A stretch of DNA of 64,000 bases from an uncultured Gemmatimonadaceae bacterium (GTDB lineage: Bacteria; Gemmatimonadota; Gemmatimonadetes; Gemmatimonadales; Gemmatimonadaceae), in the NCBI GenBank assembly GCA_963761305.1, contig CAVXGK010000002.1, forward strand, positions 512,001 to 576,000, in the 5' to 3' direction. Each line of letters begins with the position of its first letter. The stretch's first letter is position 1. The notes below the pieces were generated by a model, which was not told the DNA's origin, ran no database searches, and saw nothing but the letters and a program-made list of their open reading frames with translations. Positions 18,739 to 28,892 of the stretch are shown one piece after another. Made by a program: the position numbers and the translations under genes.

Positions 18739-18755
18739 CGCGCGGGGCTTTTTTT
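18727..18755 (+). terminator. Intrinsic terminator ending hflX, possibly bidirectional towards the tRNAs
   Basis: GCCCCGC-8 nt loop containing the hflX TGA-GCGGGGC followed by T7. Confidence 0.85.
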
Positions 18756-18791
18756 CGTCGACGTTCGATGTTTCGAAGTTTCGATGTGCAG

Positions 18792-18865
18792 TGGTCGCGC
18801 AGGGACTCGAACCCCGGACCTCCGGTATGTGAGACCGGCGCTCTAACCAGCTGAGCTACGCGACC
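18792..18865 (-). tRNA. tRNA-Val(CAC)
   Basis: Reverse complement GGTCGCG-TAGCTCAGCTGGTTAGAGC-GCCGGT CT CAC AT ACCGG-...GGTTCGAGTCC...CGCGACC-A; CCA not encoded. Confidence 0.96.
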
Positions 18866-18915
18866 CATGTTGGAGCAAGAGCACGAAAAGTAGACGGGCG
18901 CGCCACCTTCGTCTA

Positions 18916-18989
18916 TGGGCCCGGCAGGGCTCGAACCTGCGACCGTAGGATTATGAGTCCTCTGCTCTAACCAACTGAGCTACGGGCCC
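18916..18989 (-). tRNA. tRNA with CAT anticodon, most likely tRNA-Ile2 (lysidine type)
   Basis: Reverse complement GGGCCCG-TAGCTCAGTTGGTTAGAGC-AGAGGA CT CAT AA TCC...GGTTCGAGCC; body resembles ileX-type rather than initiator or elongator Met; CCA not encoded. Confidence 0.9.
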
Positions 18990-19002
18990 GGGTACACGCT
19001 AG

Positions 19003-20016
19003 TTAGGCGCTCGGTGCCAGGGGCGCAAGCGCATGCGCGTCGTACGCTTCGATGACTTCCTCGGCTGACACCGTCGCCGCGCCGAGCTTGCCCACTTCCA
19101 CGCCGGCCGCGTAGTTCGCGATCACTGCCGCCTCGAGCGCGCTGCCGCCGGCGCCAAGAACGAGCGCGAGATACGCGGTGACCGTGTCGCCCGCGCCGAC
19201 CACGTCGTACACCTCGCGCGCCGCCGTCGGGACGCGTTCGATCTCGCCGCCGGCTGACACCAACGCCATGCCGTGTTCGCCGAGCGTGAGGAGCAAATGC
19301 TCGACGCCGAGCCGCGCGAACGTCGCGGGAAGCGCCTCGGCATGCTCGAGATCCACCGCCGCGCCGAGCGCCGCGTCGAGCTCGCGCCGATTCGGCTTGA
19401 AGATCGTCGCGCCGCGATAGAGGAAAAAGTTGCGATACTTCGGGTCGACGACGATCGGAATGCCGCGCCCGCGCGCCGCCATCATCGCCGCCTCGATCAC
19501 GCGCGGTACGAGCACGCCCTTGTTGTAATCTTCGAGTACGAGCGCGTGCGCGCCGTCCACCGCGCGCCGCACCGCGGTGAGCAGGCGGTCGACCTCCGCG
19601 CCATCGAGATCGCCGTCTTCCTCTTCGTCCACGCGCACGACTTGCTGCGACCGCGCGACGATGCGCGTCTTCGTGGTCGTCGGCCGATCGACCGTGACGA
19701 GCGAGCCGACCGGCGCGCCGATCGCTTCGAGCATGCCGCACAAGTGACGGCCGGCGACGTCGTCGCCGATCGCCGCCACGAGATCGCACATCGCGCCGAC
19801 CGCGCGCACGTTCTGCGCGACGTTTCCCGCGCCGCCGAGCGCATGTCGCCGCTCGCGCACGCGCACCACGGGAACCGGCGCCTCGGGCGAGATACGCTCC
19901 ACGTCCCCGCGCAAGTAAACGTCGAGCATCGCGTCGCCGAGCACCGCGACGCGGCACTGCGACGCGGCCCCGAGCAATTCGATCAATCGATCGCGGGCGA
20001 GCAGGCGGCGACTCAT
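19003..20016 (-). CDS. rfaE1: D-glycero-beta-D-manno-heptose-7-phosphate kinase (stand-alone RfaE domain I, PfkB family)
   Basis: GDAMLDVY..ERISPEAPVPVV, DYNKG, VVDPK, KPNRRE, DVVGAGDT. Confidence 0.93.
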   Translation of the reverse strand: MSRRLLARDRLIELLGAASQCRVAVLGDAMLDVYLRGDVERISPEAPVPVVRVRERRHALGGAGNVAQNVRAVGAMCDLVAAIGDDVAGRHLCGMLEAIGAPVGSLVTVDRPTTTKTRIVARSQQVVRVDEEEDGDLDGAEVDRLLTAVRRAVDGAHALVLEDYNKGVLVPRVIEAAMMAARGRGIPIVVDPKYRNFFLYRGATIFKPNRRELDAALGAAVDLEHAEALPATFARLGVEHLLLTLGEHGMALVSAGGEIERVPTAAREVYDVVGAGDTVTAYLALVLGAGGSALEAAVIANYAAGVEVGKLGAATVSAEEVIEAYDAHALAPLAPSA

Positions 20017-20051
20017 GAGCGAGAAAGTAATGAAGGGTTCGAGAAAACGCA

Positions 20052-20080
20052 TTGACGGGCCGTGATACGCGATCTACACT
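20052..20080 (+). promoter_or_regulatory. Sigma70-type promoter for the DMT transporter
   Basis: TTGACG-N17-TACACT. Confidence 0.6.
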
Positions 20081-20090
20081 CCCGGTCGCG

Positions 20091-21044
20091 ATGTGCCCAC
20101 CCCCTCCCGCCACGCCTGCGCCCTCGCGTAATTCGGCAAGCAGCGGCGTTCCCGTGCCGCTCGTGCTGTGTCTCGCGCTCGTCGGCATCTCGTTCGCCGG
20201 ACCGCTCGTCCGCCTGTCGCACGCGCACCCCCTGACGATCGCGATCTGGCGGCTCGGCTTCGCGCTCGTATTCATCTTCTCGGCGCTCATCGCGACCGGA
20301 TCGTGGCGCCAATTCGCGAGACTCGACCGCCGCGGATTGATGCTTGCCGTCGCCGGCGGCATCATGCTCGCGCTGCATTTCTGGAGCTGGAACGCGTCCA
20401 TCGGAATGACGACCGTCGCGGCGTCGGTGGTGCTGGTGAACGTGCAGCCCGCGCTGGTTGCGCTGCTCTCCGGTGCCGTCCTCGCCGAGCCGCCGACCGG
20501 CGGCCAGTGGGTGGGAATCGTGACCGCGATGTTCGGAGCGATCGTCGTCGCGCTGCCCGACCTGCTCCAGTCCGCGGGCGCGATGACGGGTCGCGCGCTC
20601 ACCGGCGATCTGCTCGCGCTGGCCGGCGCGGCGACCGCGGCGTGTTACGTGATCGCGGGTCGGCGGCTGCGCGTGGTGCTGGACATCTGGCCCTACGTCT
20701 CGATCGTGTACGGCGTCTGCTTCGTGATGCTGCTCATCTTCGCGCGCGTGGTCGGAGCGCCCGTGCTTGGGCAACCGCCGCGCGAGATCGCCATCTTCGT
20801 CGCGCTCGCCGTCGGCCCGATGCTGCTCGGGCACACGGGTCTCAACTGGGCGCTCAAGTATCTGCCCGCCTACGTCGTGAATCTCACGCTGCTCGGCGAA
20901 CCGGTGGGTGCGACGTTCCTCGCGGCGCTCTTGCCTGGCATTCGCGAGATTCCGCGCATGCCGACGCTGGTCGGTGGACTGCTCGTGCTCGTCGGCATTT
21001 TCGTCGCCGCGCGCGCGACCCGCCAGCAGCGCTTCGCCGTCTGA
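20091..21044 (+). CDS. DMT/EamA family transporter
   Basis: About 10 TM helices in two EamA repeats; LALHFWSW, GDLLAL, GHTGLNWAL, GEPVGA. Confidence 0.9.
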   Translation: MCPPPPATPAPSRNSASSGVPVPLVLCLALVGISFAGPLVRLSHAHPLTIAIWRLGFALVFIFSALIATGSWRQFARLDRRGLMLAVAGGIMLALHFWSWNASIGMTTVAASVVLVNVQPALVALLSGAVLAEPPTGGQWVGIVTAMFGAIVVALPDLLQSAGAMTGRALTGDLLALAGAATAACYVIAGRRLRVVLDIWPYVSIVYGVCFVMLLIFARVVGAPVLGQPPREIAIFVALAVGPMLLGHTGLNWALKYLPAYVVNLTLLGEPVGATFLAALLPGIREIPRMPTLVGGLLVLVGIFVAARATRQQRFAV

Positions 21045-21166
21045 ATGTCGCCCGCCGTTGGCGGCGGCTTGCGGCGCGGGTGCGCGGTTATGTTACGGGC
21101 AACGGCGGGAGGGCGGGCCTCACGTTGTGTCCTTTCCCTCCCCGTAGCGCGGACCTGTTCACGATC

Positions 21167-22156
21167 ATGAGAACGCTCGAGCTGGATGTCGTCGTCACGC
21201 GAGGCTCGGAGATCGAATCACGCCACTCCGTGCACGCCGCCGTCATCGCCGAGAACGACGAACTTGTGGCCGCAGCGCGTGATCCGCGCATCGTGAGTTC
21301 GTGGCGCTCGTGCGCCAAGCCGTTTCAAGCGATGCCGTTTCTCGAGGCCGGCGGCTTCGACGAGCTCCATTGGGGCGACGACCAGCTCGCGCTCGCCTGC
21401 GCATCGCACGGCGGTGAGCCCGAGCACGTGGCGCTAGCGCAGGCGATGCTCGCCGACGTCGGTCTCGAAGAAGGCGACCTCGCGTGCGGACCGCACGATC
21501 CGATCTCGCCGCGCGGCCTCAAGCTGCTGCGCGAGTCGGGGGCGCGACTCTCGCGGCTGCACAACAACTGCTCGGGCAAGCACGCCGCGATGTTGGCACG
21601 CGCGCACACCGCGGGTTGGCCGACCTACGGGTACGAGCGCCGCGATCATCCGGTGCAGCGCTGTTGCCTCCAGGCGTCGGCCAAATGGGCCGGGGTCGAC
21701 GAGGACGACATCGGGCAAGCGGTGGACGGCTGCGGCGTCGTCGCGTTCTCCCTGGCCCTCGACAGCATGGCGCGCGCATGGTCGCGGCTCGGCCGGGCAT
21801 CGCTCGACTCCAGCTCCGTCGCCAGCCGCATCGTGCACGCGATGGCGACGCGCCCGTTTCTCGTCGGTGGTACGGAGCGGTTCGATTCCGTGTTGATCGA
21901 GGAGACGGACGGACGCATCGTCGCCAAGATCGGCGCCGAGGGTGTGCACTGCGCCGCCGTGCCCGAGCTTGGGATCGGCATCGCCGTCAAAGTGGACGAC
22001 GGCGCGTCACGCGCACAGTTCCCGGCCGTCCTGCGGCTGTTGCAATTGTTCGACGCGCTCCCCGCGCAGTTGCCGCCGCGGCTCGATGATTTCCTGCGCC
22101 GGCCCGTTCGCAATACGCGCGGCGAGACCGTCGGCGAGATTCGACTGGTCGCCTGA
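21167..22156 (+). CDS. L-asparaginase II (Rhizobium etli-type, class 3)
   Basis: RSCAKPFQA, CASHGGE, NNCSGKH, DGCG, AKIGAEG motifs. Confidence 0.9.
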   Translation: MRTLELDVVVTRGSEIESRHSVHAAVIAENDELVAAARDPRIVSSWRSCAKPFQAMPFLEAGGFDELHWGDDQLALACASHGGEPEHVALAQAMLADVGLEEGDLACGPHDPISPRGLKLLRESGARLSRLHNNCSGKHAAMLARAHTAGWPTYGYERRDHPVQRCCLQASAKWAGVDEDDIGQAVDGCGVVAFSLALDSMARAWSRLGRASLDSSSVASRIVHAMATRPFLVGGTERFDSVLIEETDGRIVAKIGAEGVHCAAVPELGIGIAVKVDDGASRAQFPAVLRLLQLFDALPAQLPPRLDDFLRRPVRNTRGETVGEIRLVA

Positions 22157-22196
22157 CCTCCATCCGCAAGGATTTGGTTCTTCGCGACGCCGACTG

Positions 22197-22823
22197 ATGA
22201 CGCCGCCCGCCGACACACTCGACAGTTTGGAAGTCCTCGACGACGCGACCGCGGCGCTGGTGCGTCTGGCCGCCGTCGTCGCGGCGGGAGACGAAGACGC
22301 GGTTCGCGCCGAGATCGCGCGCGGTTCGAGCGCGATTCCGGACGTGTGGGTGGAGGAGCTGTTGTTGCAGTCGTATCTGTTCGCCGGATTTCCTCGCGCG
22401 CTCAACGCCATGCGCGAATGGCGAAGGGTGCATCCGGCGGTCGCCGGCGCCGCGGGTTCTCCGGAGCCGACGCGCACCGACGGCGAGGCGACGTGCGAGC
22501 GGGTCTATGGCAGGATGTATGAACGCTTACGGGAGAACATTCGGCATTTGCATCCGCTGCTCGACGACTGGATGATCACCGAGGGATACGGCAAGGTGCT
22601 GTCTCGTCCCGGCCTCGACTTGCCGCGCCGCGAGCTCTGCATCGTGGCCGCGTGCGCGGCGACGGGGCAGGACCGCCAGCTGCATTCGCATTTGCACGGC
22701 GCGCGAAACGCCGGCGCGTCGGTCCGCGCCGTCGACGCGACGCTCGACGTACTCGCCAACGTGCTCGGCCCGGCGCGCCTGCGCGACGTCAAACTCCTCT
22801 GGGCCCGGGTGCGCGGCAAATGA
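22197..22823 (+). CDS. Carboxymuconolactone decarboxylase family protein
   Basis: YLFAGFPRAL, YGKVLSRPGLDLPRREL, LHSHLHGARNAG; no CXXC. Confidence 0.85.
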   Translation: MTPPADTLDSLEVLDDATAALVRLAAVVAAGDEDAVRAEIARGSSAIPDVWVEELLLQSYLFAGFPRALNAMREWRRVHPAVAGAAGSPEPTRTDGEATCERVYGRMYERLRENIRHLHPLLDDWMITEGYGKVLSRPGLDLPRRELCIVAACAATGQDRQLHSHLHGARNAGASVRAVDATLDVLANVLGPARLRDVKLLWARVRGK

Positions 22824-23848
22824 GCAACGTGTTCGTGGACCGGGTGGTCGTGACGGCAAGGGCCGGCAGCGGCGGATCGGGCATCGTCTCGTTTCGGCGC
22901 GAAAAGTTCATTCCCATGGGCGGTCCCGACGGCGGCGACGGCGGACGCGGCGGCGACGTCGTGGTCGTCGGCGACTCCAACCTGTCCACGTTGCTCGACT
23001 ACACCTATCGCGACGCCTGGAGCGCGACCGCCGGAGACCACGGGTCCGGCGCGAACAAGAGCGGCCGTTCGGGAACCGACGTCATCATGCCCGTGCCCGT
23101 CGGCACGGTGATTCGAGATCTCGAAACCCAAGAGCGCCTCGGCGAGATCCTCGAGGACGGCGAGCGGCTGATCGTCGCGCGGGGCGGCCGCGGCGGGAAG
23201 GGCAACGCGTTTTTCACCAGCTCCACGCACCAGTCGCCGCGCGAATATCAGCCGGGCGAGGACGGCCAGGAGCGCCGCCTCGAGCTCGAGCTCAAGCTCA
23301 TCGCCGACGTCGGGCTCGTCGGGCAGCCGAATGCCGGCAAGTCGACGCTGCTGTCGGTGATTTCGGCGGCCCATCCGAAAATCGCCGACTACCCGTTCAC
23401 GACGCTCGCCCCGAACCTCGGCGTCGTGCAGTTGTCCGACGGAAGGACCTTCGTCGTCGCCGACATTCCGGGCATCATCGAAGGCGCGCACGAAGGACGC
23501 GGACTCGGGCTGCAGTTCCTGCGGCACATCGAGCGGACGCGTCTTCTCGCGTTCCTGATTCCCGTGGATTCGATGGACTGGCAGGCGGAGTACGACCAGC
23601 TGCGCAGCGAGATCGCCGCATACTCGGCCGCGCTGGCCGAAAAGCCGCATTGCGTCGTGTTCACGAAGATGGACTTGCTGGGCGACGACGACGCGCCGCC
23701 GATCGAAGCGCCAGCCGCGTTTGGCGTGTTCGCGATCAGCGCGGCCGGCCGGACCGGACTCGATCCGCTCCTCGCCGCGTGGTGGTCGCGACTGCTCGAC
23801 ATGAAGAAGTCCGCCGCGGTGCGCAACGACCCGATCCCACTTCCGTGA
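22820..23848 (+). CDS. obgE: GTPase ObgE/CgtA
   Basis: FRREKFIPMGGPDGGDGGRGG, GQPNAGKST, YPFTT, DIPG, TKMD. Confidence 0.98.
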   Translation: MSNVFVDRVVVTARAGSGGSGIVSFRREKFIPMGGPDGGDGGRGGDVVVVGDSNLSTLLDYTYRDAWSATAGDHGSGANKSGRSGTDVIMPVPVGTVIRDLETQERLGEILEDGERLIVARGGRGGKGNAFFTSSTHQSPREYQPGEDGQERRLELELKLIADVGLVGQPNAGKSTLLSVISAAHPKIADYPFTTLAPNLGVVQLSDGRTFVVADIPGIIEGAHEGRGLGLQFLRHIERTRLLAFLIPVDSMDWQAEYDQLRSEIAAYSAALAEKPHCVVFTKMDLLGDDDAPPIEAPAAFGVFAISAAGRTGLDPLLAAWWSRLLDMKKSAAVRNDPIPLP

Positions 23849-23855
23849 GCGCGAC

Positions 23856-24719
23856 GTGGAACGCGCGATCGAGTGTGTCGAATGCATCGAGCGTGGCGAC
23901 GCCGAATACCCGGGCGCGCTGAACGATCTTCCGAATCCGCCGGCGCGCCTGTGGTGGATCGGCGATCTCGGGCTGCTCGATAGAACGCTCGTCACTATCG
24001 TCGGCACGCGTCGCGCGACGGGCTACGGCGAACGCATCACTCACGAACTCGGGACGGCGCTGACGCGCGCCGGTGCCTGTGTCGTGAGCGGAATGGCGCT
24101 CGGAATCGACGCGTCGGCGCACCGCGCAGCGCTCGAGGCGAACGGCGCGACGATCGCCGTCCTCGGCACCGGCGCCGACGTCGCGTATCCGCGGGCGCAC
24201 GTTTCCCTGCATCGAGAGATCATCGAGCGCGGCCTCGTGCTCTCGGAGCTGCCGCCCGGCGCTCACTCGCACAAGGGATCGTTTCCGAAGCGAAATCGCA
24301 TTCTCGGGGCAATCTCCAAGCTCACGATCGTCGTCGAAGCGCCGTTCGACAGCGGCGCGCTGATCACGGCGAAGCACGCCAATGAGGTGGGACGCGAGGT
24401 CGCCATCGTGCCCGGACCGATCGATTCGCCACAGAGCCAGGGGAGCAACCTGCTGCTGCGCGATGGCGCGCACCCCATCGTGTCGATTGCCGACGCGATG
24501 AGTCTCGCCGGCCTTTCGCCGCTGCCTCGATCGGAGCCGCGCATCGACGACAAAGTCGAGATGCGCGTGTGGACGGCTCTCGGCCACGGCGCGGCGACGC
24601 TCGACGAGTTGTGCGCCCGGTCCGGCTTGCCCGTGGCACAGTGCCTGAGCGCCGTCACCGGCCTCGAGTTGCGCGGAGCGGTCGAGTGCGCGCTCACCGG
24701 CGAGGTACGGCGACGCTGA
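23856..24719 (+). CDS. dprA: DNA-processing protein DprA
   Basis: IVGTRRATGYG, VSGMALGID, FPKRNRI, SGALITA, C-terminal winged helix. Confidence 0.95.
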   Translation: MERAIECVECIERGDAEYPGALNDLPNPPARLWWIGDLGLLDRTLVTIVGTRRATGYGERITHELGTALTRAGACVVSGMALGIDASAHRAALEANGATIAVLGTGADVAYPRAHVSLHREIIERGLVLSELPPGAHSHKGSFPKRNRILGAISKLTIVVEAPFDSGALITAKHANEVGREVAIVPGPIDSPQSQGSNLLLRDGAHPIVSIADAMSLAGLSPLPRSEPRIDDKVEMRVWTALGHGAATLDELCARSGLPVAQCLSAVTGLELRGAVECALTGEVRRR

Positions 24720-24745
24720 CGCGCGGCGAGGGACATATTTCGCCA

Positions 24746-25873
24746 GTGCCCCCCCGCCACGTGTACGTGCACGTCCCATTTTGCGCGCGCCGCTGCGTGT
24801 ACTGCGATTTCTCGATCGCCGTGCGGCGCGACGTGCCGGTGGACGAGTACGTGACGTCCGTGGAGCGGGAGTTGGCGATTCGATTCGCCGAATCAGGTCC
24901 ATGGCGCGCGTCGACCCTCTATCTGGGCGGCGGGACGCCATCGCGACTCGGTGCATCCGGTGTTTCGCGATTGCTCGAGACGCTCACCAAACGAATCGAC
25001 GTCGCCCCGGACCCCGAGGTGACGCTCGAAGCCAATCCTGACGACGTCACCGCCGATGCAGCGCACGCCTGGCGCGATGCCGGCGTCAACCGCCTCTCGC
25101 TCGGCGCACAGTCATTCGACGACGGCGTCCTGCGCTGGATGCACCGAACCCACGACTCGGCGCAGATTTCGCGCGCCGTCGACGCCGCCCGCCTCGCCGG
25201 CATCGACGACGTGTCCGTCGACCTGATCTTCTCGCTGCCCGAAAGCGTACCGCGCTCGTGGCGTTCAGACCTCGAGCGCGCGCTCGCCCTCGAGCCGACG
25301 CACGTCTCGTTGTACGGACTCACCGTCGAGCCGCACACGCCGCTCGGTCGTTGGCGTCAGCGCGGCGAGGTTCAGGAATCGCCGGACGAGCGCTACGAAA
25401 CGGAATTCCTCGTGGCGCACGACGTTCTGACGGCCGCCGGGTTCGATCACTACGAGGTCTCGAACTTCGGGCGGCCGGGCCACCGCGCGCGCCACAACTC
25501 GTCGTACTGGGAGCGCACGCCCTACGCCGGACTCGGTCCGTCGTCGCACGAATTCGACGGGGCGGAGCGCCGTTGGAATCACGGGGCCTACGCCGAGTGG
25601 TGCCGTCGCGTCGCCGAAGGGTCGGACCCGGTCGCGGGCCGCGAGACGCTCACCCCCGACGAAGAGTCGGCGGAGCAGGTGTACCTCGGCCTCCGGACGA
25701 CCAACGGGCTGGACCTCGCAAGCCACGAAGCGGCCCGTGTTTCGGCCTGGATCCACGAGAAATGGGCGCAACTCGATGGTACAAACCGCATCGTTTTGAC
25801 CCCACTCGGCTGGCTCCGTCTGGACGCCCTCGCGGCCGACTTGACAGTGGGCCGAAGTCGTTACTATGTTTGA
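24746..25873 (+). CDS. hemW: Radical SAM heme chaperone HemW
   Basis: YVHVPFCARRCVYCDF, GGGTPS, EANP, RLSLGAQSF, HYEVSNF, HNSSYW. Confidence 0.93.
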   Translation: MPPRHVYVHVPFCARRCVYCDFSIAVRRDVPVDEYVTSVERELAIRFAESGPWRASTLYLGGGTPSRLGASGVSRLLETLTKRIDVAPDPEVTLEANPDDVTADAAHAWRDAGVNRLSLGAQSFDDGVLRWMHRTHDSAQISRAVDAARLAGIDDVSVDLIFSLPESVPRSWRSDLERALALEPTHVSLYGLTVEPHTPLGRWRQRGEVQESPDERYETEFLVAHDVLTAAGFDHYEVSNFGRPGHRARHNSSYWERTPYAGLGPSSHEFDGAERRWNHGAYAEWCRRVAEGSDPVAGRETLTPDEESAEQVYLGLRTTNGLDLASHEAARVSAWIHEKWAQLDGTNRIVLTPLGWLRLDALAADLTVGRSRYYV

Positions 25874-25877
25874 AGTT

Positions 25878-26927
25878 ATGGCATCAGAGCAGCTCAATAG
25901 GCGTGAACGCCGCGTGCTCGAGGCCGTGATCCGAAGTTATGTGGAGACTGCGGAGCCGGCCGGCTCGCGGACCCTCTCCAGGCGGTTCGGGCTCGGCGTT
26001 TCTCCGGCGACGATCCGCAATACGATGAGCGACCTCGAAGACAAGGGGTTCCTCTTCCATCCGCATACCTCCGCCGGTCGCGTCCCGACCAACAAGGCGT
26101 ACCGCGCGCATGTCGACTCGCTCCTGAGCCTGCCACCGCTTCAAGCGGCGGAGACCGAGCGCCTGATCGAGGGGCTCACTGGCGCGAACGCGTCGCCGAT
26201 CGAGATGGTGCTCCGTCGCGCCGCGCAAACGCTGGGCGTGCTGACGCAGGAGTTGGGCGTCGCCCTCGGCCCGCGCCTCGACCACTCGGTGCTGCGCCGT
26301 CTCGAACTCGTGCGTGTGAGCAGCGAGCGGATGCTCATGGTGCTCTCGCTCGAGGGCGGCCTGGTCCGCACGGTGTTCGTCGAGGTGCCGGTGGATATCG
26401 CTGACACGGCGCTCGGTGCCGTCACGGCGGTGCTCAACGAGCGGCTCGCCGGTCTCACGCTCGCCCAGATTCGCGGCTCGCTTCCGGAGCGTTTGCGCGA
26501 CGCCGGCGCCGCGCCGAGCGCGGCCGAGTTGCTCAACATCTTCGTGCAGGAAGGCGACCAGCTGTTCGAGGCCGCGCTACCCGCGTCCGACATGCAGCCC
26601 GTTCTCCTCGGCTCGATGTCGGCGCTCGCCGAGCAGCCGGAGTTTTCGGCCGCCGATCGGCTTCGACGGCTGCTCGAGCTGACGGAAGCGCCGCACGCGC
26701 TCGGCGAGACGATGCGGAAACGCGTCCACGCGCCGGGCATCTCGATCACGATCGGCGCCGAGCACGACGATCCGCGATTGGAAGACTTTACCGTCGTCAC
26801 GGCGGAGTATCACATCGGCCCGTTGGCCGGGGTGATCGGCGTCATCGGACCGACGCGCATGCCGTACGACAAAGTGATCGCGCTGGTGAGCCACACGTCG
26901 CAACTGCTCAGCGACCTTCTCGAATAA
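25878..26927 (+). CDS. hrcA: Heat-inducible transcription repressor HrcA
   Basis: [32 protein letters not shown]; start 25866 or 25878. Confidence 0.96.
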   Translation: MASEQLNRRERRVLEAVIRSYVETAEPAGSRTLSRRFGLGVSPATIRNTMSDLEDKGFLFHPHTSAGRVPTNKAYRAHVDSLLSLPPLQAAETERLIEGLTGANASPIEMVLRRAAQTLGVLTQELGVALGPRLDHSVLRRLELVRVSSERMLMVLSLEGGLVRTVFVEVPVDIADTALGAVTAVLNERLAGLTLAQIRGSLPERLRDAGAAPSAAELLNIFVQEGDQLFEAALPASDMQPVLLGSMSALAEQPEFSAADRLRRLLELTEAPHALGETMRKRVHAPGISITIGAEHDDPRLEDFTVVTAEYHIGPLAGVIGVIGPTRMPYDKVIALVSHTSQLLSDLLE

Positions 26928-26931
26928 ACCG

Positions 26932-28062
26932 ATGGCCGACTTTTACGGCGTTCTCGACGTCCCGCGAACGGCGAGCGACGAAGAGATCAAGAAGGCATAT
27001 CGCAAGCTCGCGATGACGTATCATCCCGACCGCAACAATGGCGCGAAGGAAGCCGAGGAGCGGTTCAAGGAGATCACTGAGGCGTACGACGTGCTGCGCG
27101 ATCCGCAGAAGCGCGCGGCGTACGACCGGTACGGCGAAGCAGGGCTCCGCGGCGGCTCTGGCGGGTTCCACCACGTGGACCTCTCCGAAGCGCTCGGCAT
27201 CTTCATGCGCGACTTCGGCGGCCTCGGCGGGCTCGAGTCGCTGTTCGGGATGGGCACGCAAGGCGACCCGCGCGCCGGCGCCGACGTCAAGATGACCGTG
27301 CCGCTCACGCTCGCCGAGGTGGCGACCGGCGTCGAGAAGAAAATTCTCATCAGAGTGCTCGAACCGTGCGCGAAATGCGACGGCACGGGCGCCGAATCGG
27401 GGTCCAAGTCGCAGACCTGCGCCACGTGCAGCGGACGCGGCGAAGTTCGGCGGGCCCAGCGCTCGTTCTTCGGCCAGTTCGTGAGCGTGACGACTTGTCC
27501 GACGTGCCACGGCGAAGGCAAAGTCGTCCACACGCCGTGCAAGGTGTGTCGGGGCGAGGGGCGGCTTCGCGGGGAGCGCGAGCTGACCGTGCAGATCCCG
27601 CCCGGCGTGGCGACGGGTCAGTACATGACGATGCGCGGCGCCGGCAACGCCGGCATGCGGGGCGGTGCCACGGGCGACGTCCACGTGCTGTTCGAAGTCG
27701 CCGACGATCCGCGCTTCGAGCGCGACGGCGAGGATTTATATACCGAGGTGCTGACCACGTATCCGCAGCTCGCGCTCGGATCGCAGGTGAGTGTGCCGAC
27801 GGTGTCGGGTCACACGACGCTCGACGTTCCAGCCGGAACGCAGAGCGGACAGGTCTTTCACCTGCGCGGCCGTGGTCTGCCGCGCGTGAATGCGAACGGG
27901 ATCGGCGACCTGCACGTGCGCGTCCAACTCTGGACGCCCGAGCGTTTCACCGAAGAGGAACGCCAGATTCTGGCGCGCCTTGGCGAGCTGCAGCCCGGCG
28001 TTCCGGCGGACGGCCGCTCGAAGGGCTTCTGGGCAAAGATGAAAGAAGCCCTCGGTGCGTGA
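26932..28062 (+). CDS. dnaJ: Chaperone DnaJ
   Basis: J domain with HPD, G/F region, four CxxCxGxG repeats. Confidence 0.98.
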   Translation: MADFYGVLDVPRTASDEEIKKAYRKLAMTYHPDRNNGAKEAEERFKEITEAYDVLRDPQKRAAYDRYGEAGLRGGSGGFHHVDLSEALGIFMRDFGGLGGLESLFGMGTQGDPRAGADVKMTVPLTLAEVATGVEKKILIRVLEPCAKCDGTGAESGSKSQTCATCSGRGEVRRAQRSFFGQFVSVTTCPTCHGEGKVVHTPCKVCRGEGRLRGERELTVQIPPGVATGQYMTMRGAGNAGMRGGATGDVHVLFEVADDPRFERDGEDLYTEVLTTYPQLALGSQVSVPTVSGHTTLDVPAGTQSGQVFHLRGRGLPRVNANGIGDLHVRVQLWTPERFTEEERQILARLGELQPGVPADGRSKGFWAKMKEALGA

Positions 28063-28892
28063 CGAAAGACGTCGAGTGGATCACGGTTCGCGTTACGCCG
28101 GGCGCGCGACGCGACGACGTTCTGGCCGCGCTGTTCGAAGCCGGCGCCGAAGGCGTTCAGGAACTTCCCGATAGTCTCGTGACGCACGCGCACGGGCCGG
28201 ATGACGCGAGCCGGTTCGAGCGGGCCGCGCTCGCCGTCGCCAGCGACGTGTCGGTGGAGACGGAGCCGCTCGCGATCAGCGATTGGTCCGAGCGCTGGAA
28301 GCAGTCGCTCACGGTGCAGCGCGTCGGGCGACTCACCATCGTCCCGCCGTGGCTCGCCGCCGATCTGGATCCCGCGACGACGATCGTCATCGAGCCTGGA
28401 ATGGCGTTTGGGACCGGCGATCACGCCACCACGCGATCCGTCGTGCGTCTGTTGCAAGACGTCGTGCGCGCGGGCGACCACGTCGCCGACCTCGGTGCCG
28501 GCAGCGCGGTGCTCGCGATCGCCGCGGCCAAGCTCGGCGCGGCGCGCGCGGTGGCGATCGAGTTGGATCACGACGCCATAGCAAATGCCGAAGAGAACGT
28601 GCGGCGCAATGACGTCGACGACGTCGTGACCGTTGTCGAGGGCCACGCGGCCTCGCTGCTGCCGCTCGTCGCTCCCGTGCAAATCATCACGGCGAACATC
28701 ATCTCGTCGGTGCTCATCGACTTGCTGCCGACGATCGGCGCGTCGCTCGCGCTTGGGGGAGGCGCGATTCTCAGCGGCATCCTCGCGTCCGAGCGAACGG
28801 TGATGATCGACGAGCTCGGCCGCGCGGGCTGGCGCGTTGCCGCCGAAATCGAAGAGGGCGAATGGTGGAGCGCGACGGTCGAGCGGCGATAG
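28059..28892 (+). CDS. prmA: Ribosomal protein L11 methyltransferase
   Basis: [35 protein letters not shown]; follows dnaJ. Confidence 0.94.
   Translation: MTKDVEWITVRVTPGARRDDVLAALFEAGAEGVQELPDSLVTHAHGPDDASRFERAALAVASDVSVETEPLAISDWSERWKQSLTVQRVGRLTIVPPWLAADLDPATTIVIEPGMAFGTGDHATTRSVVRLLQDVVRAGDHVADLGAGSAVLAIAAAKLGAARAVAIELDHDAIANAEENVRRNDVDDVVTVVEGHAASLLPLVAPVQIITANIISSVLIDLLPTIGASLALGGGAILSGILASERTVMIDELGRAGWRVAAEIEEGEWWSATVERR

Noticed and set aside
18740..19002. tRNA pair as a possible integration site or island boundary
   Set aside because: No integrase, no duplicated tRNA 3' end, and housekeeping genes on both sides; the same holds for tRNA-Arg at 29980
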